A DNA stretch of 64,000 nucleotides, taken from positions 9,734,001 through 9,798,000 of the forward strand of contig OZ024742.1 of the NCBI GenBank assembly GCA_964016885.1, in the 5' to 3' direction. Shown piece by piece: positions 62,188 through 64,000 of the stretch; the first letter of the stretch is position 1; every line of letters begins with the position of its first letter. This stretch comes from Eledone cirrhosa. Its lineage: Eukaryota. A program made the position numbers and the translations under genes. The notes beneath the pieces were generated by a model. It did no database searches. It saw only the letters and a list, made by a program, of their open reading frames with translations, and was not told where the DNA came from.

Positions 62188-62502
62188 CGTGTTGTGTGTG
62201 TGTGTGTCTATGTGTGTGTTGTGTGTGTTTATGTGTGTTGTGTGTGTGTATGTGTGTGTGTGTTGTGTGTATGTGTGTTGTGTGTGTCTCTGTGTGTATT
62301 GTGTGTGTTTATGTGTGTTGTGTGTGTGTATGTGTGTGTGTGTCTGCATGTCTGTATGTGTGTCTGTATGTCTGTATGTCTGTATGTGTGTCTGTCTGCC
62401 GTCTGTCTCTGTCTGTTAGTCAGTCTGTCAGTCTGTCAGTCAGTCAGTCTGTCTGTATGTCTGTCAGTCGGTCTCTCTGTCTACCTGTCTGTCTGTCTGT
62501 CT
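62118..62502. repeat. (TG)n grading into (TCTG/TCAG)n microsatellite
   Basis: Directly visible. Confidence 0.95.
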
Positions 62503-64000
62503 GAGGATAGTAGACGTGTGTCATATCGCTCTGTGATTTGGATTTTTACCTGCTAATTTTGTGAGTGGATTTTTTTGAATTCTTTTGTATAATTAACTGT
62601 AACCCCTAGTCTGGGACTCTAGACGTCGGGTAAATATATTTTCACCCCTTTTGGGGTGAAAAATAAATATTTCAGAAATGTTTATCGATATCGTTGATAA
62701 CGATATCGTCGAAAACGATATCGCCATATTGGAAGCGAACGCCACGCCTACCAAAAAAACAAGCGGGAAAGAGGGAACAACAGTTCAAACTGTTGAACGA
62801 CCCCTCCTCTCCAATGAAAAAAAGAATTTCAATTCAAATGAAAAAATTAATTTTCAAGAAAAAAATAACACCACAAATAAGGAAACCAACAACATTACAA
62901 CAACAAACAAAGACAAAATTTCTTTTGCCCAAACACTCAGGAGAGCCACGGAATACAAAGCCATTGACATCACGAACGCCAAGGAAAATTTACTAGAGGC
63001 TAGAAAATACGTATCTTTTGGGGAGGATGGTTCTTTTACGATCAACTCCCCAGAAGAAGTGCGTCAACAGATTTACAAGAATACCGTAAGCTTCAGAATC
63101 ATAACCAACGAAACGAGAAAGCCAGCGCAATTGACCGAAAGTCAAATCGAGCTGGTTCTGAAAGAAATTATAAAATGATATACTCTTTATTCAAAGAGGA
63201 AAGCTGTATGCCAGCATTATGGTCCGAATGAAGGACGAAATGCTGGCTCAGAAATATTCGGTGGCACCTATAGTGTCACCACAATACACCTTCTTCCCCA
63301 CATATAAAGGAAGAAGAACACAAAGGATAAGAATGTGGAGCCCTACGCCAGAAATTAACATCTGGTCCGTCCTAACAGGATTTACCGACCTAGATAAGGA
63401 CATACTAATTTCAGCAGGGGAGTCCACCAGTGGACTGTTCGGGGGGAAAAGTCTGGAGGTTCTCTTACAGATGACACCTGAGAGAATCTCCGGAATACCC
63501 GACCGAGTGCTACTGGATGGGCGAACCTACATAAATATCACAGTGGAAGGCAGGAGACCCTCATGTTACCACTGCGCTGGCAGAGGTCACCTGAGGACGG
63601 CCTGCCCTCTACTAACAACTAAAAAACCACTGCTACAAACACCACAACAACAACAAAAACAACCAGCACCACCATCACAAAAACAACAAAATACACTACA
63701 ATCTCCACCAGAACAACAAAAACCAACAACACCACCACCACCACCACCACAACAACAACAACGACAACATCAACAACAGCTCAAGAAAACAACCCAAAAC
63801 ACGGTCCCACCCAGCCCCACCCCACAGAACACAAATACAAAAACAGTTCATACACAACCCGGAGATATACCCCTCCCCTCCAATACGGAAGAGGAGCTCA
63901 TATCGTCGGAAGACGAGGGGGCTCCCTTCCAAAAAGTGAAAAGAAAAAAACGTACACACACCACAACAACAAAAATAACCCCACCTGACAACACAACACA
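62503..64000 (+). mobile_element. 5' end of a Tx1/L1-type LINE: 5' UTR and ORF1, continuing beyond the window
   Basis: Unique sequence begins abruptly after (TCTG)n, followed by a gag-like ORF1 with a zinc knuckle. Confidence 0.75.
62678..64000 (+). pseudogene. LINE ORF1 (gag-like, CCHC zinc knuckle) with one frameshift near 63175
   Basis: ORF 62678-63178 continues in another frame as DILFIQRGKLYAS..FFPTYKGRRT..GIPDRVLL..ITVEGRRPSCYHCAGRGHLRTACP, then a Q/P/T-rich linker and FQKVKRKKR. It is open to the window end. Confidence 0.8.

Overview
This is an AT-rich eukaryotic (animal) genomic window made almost entirely of repeats, and no intact host gene can be supported. The dominant ~190-bp tRNA-like SINE and the TA/CA-rich landscape resemble octopod cephalopod genomes (recalled pattern, not verified). 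Decayed retroelements: two Tx1/L1-type LINE ORF2 remnants, a Tx1-type ORF1 with a CCHC knuckle running off the right edge, an RTE-type LINE, short RTE and CRE-like 3' fragments, two Penelope-like (GIY-YIG) remnants and about 17 SINE copies or fragments. DNA elements: an internally deleted Helitron (23-aa-repeat N-terminus, PIF1 helicase C-terminus) and a 420-bp non-autonomous Helitron. Tandem arrays: 48-, 20- and 16-bp minisatellites and many microsatellites. The most notable signal is a set of at least six minimal type-I hammerhead ribozyme motifs from four sequence families. All lie in short non-coding Penelope-pLTR-like units, and most of these units end against (TA)n/(TG)n tracts. Two units are fold-backs: a 1.15-kb element with a hammerhead in each arm and a 0.48-kb element. 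Almost all ORFs in the supplied track are microsatellite artefacts.
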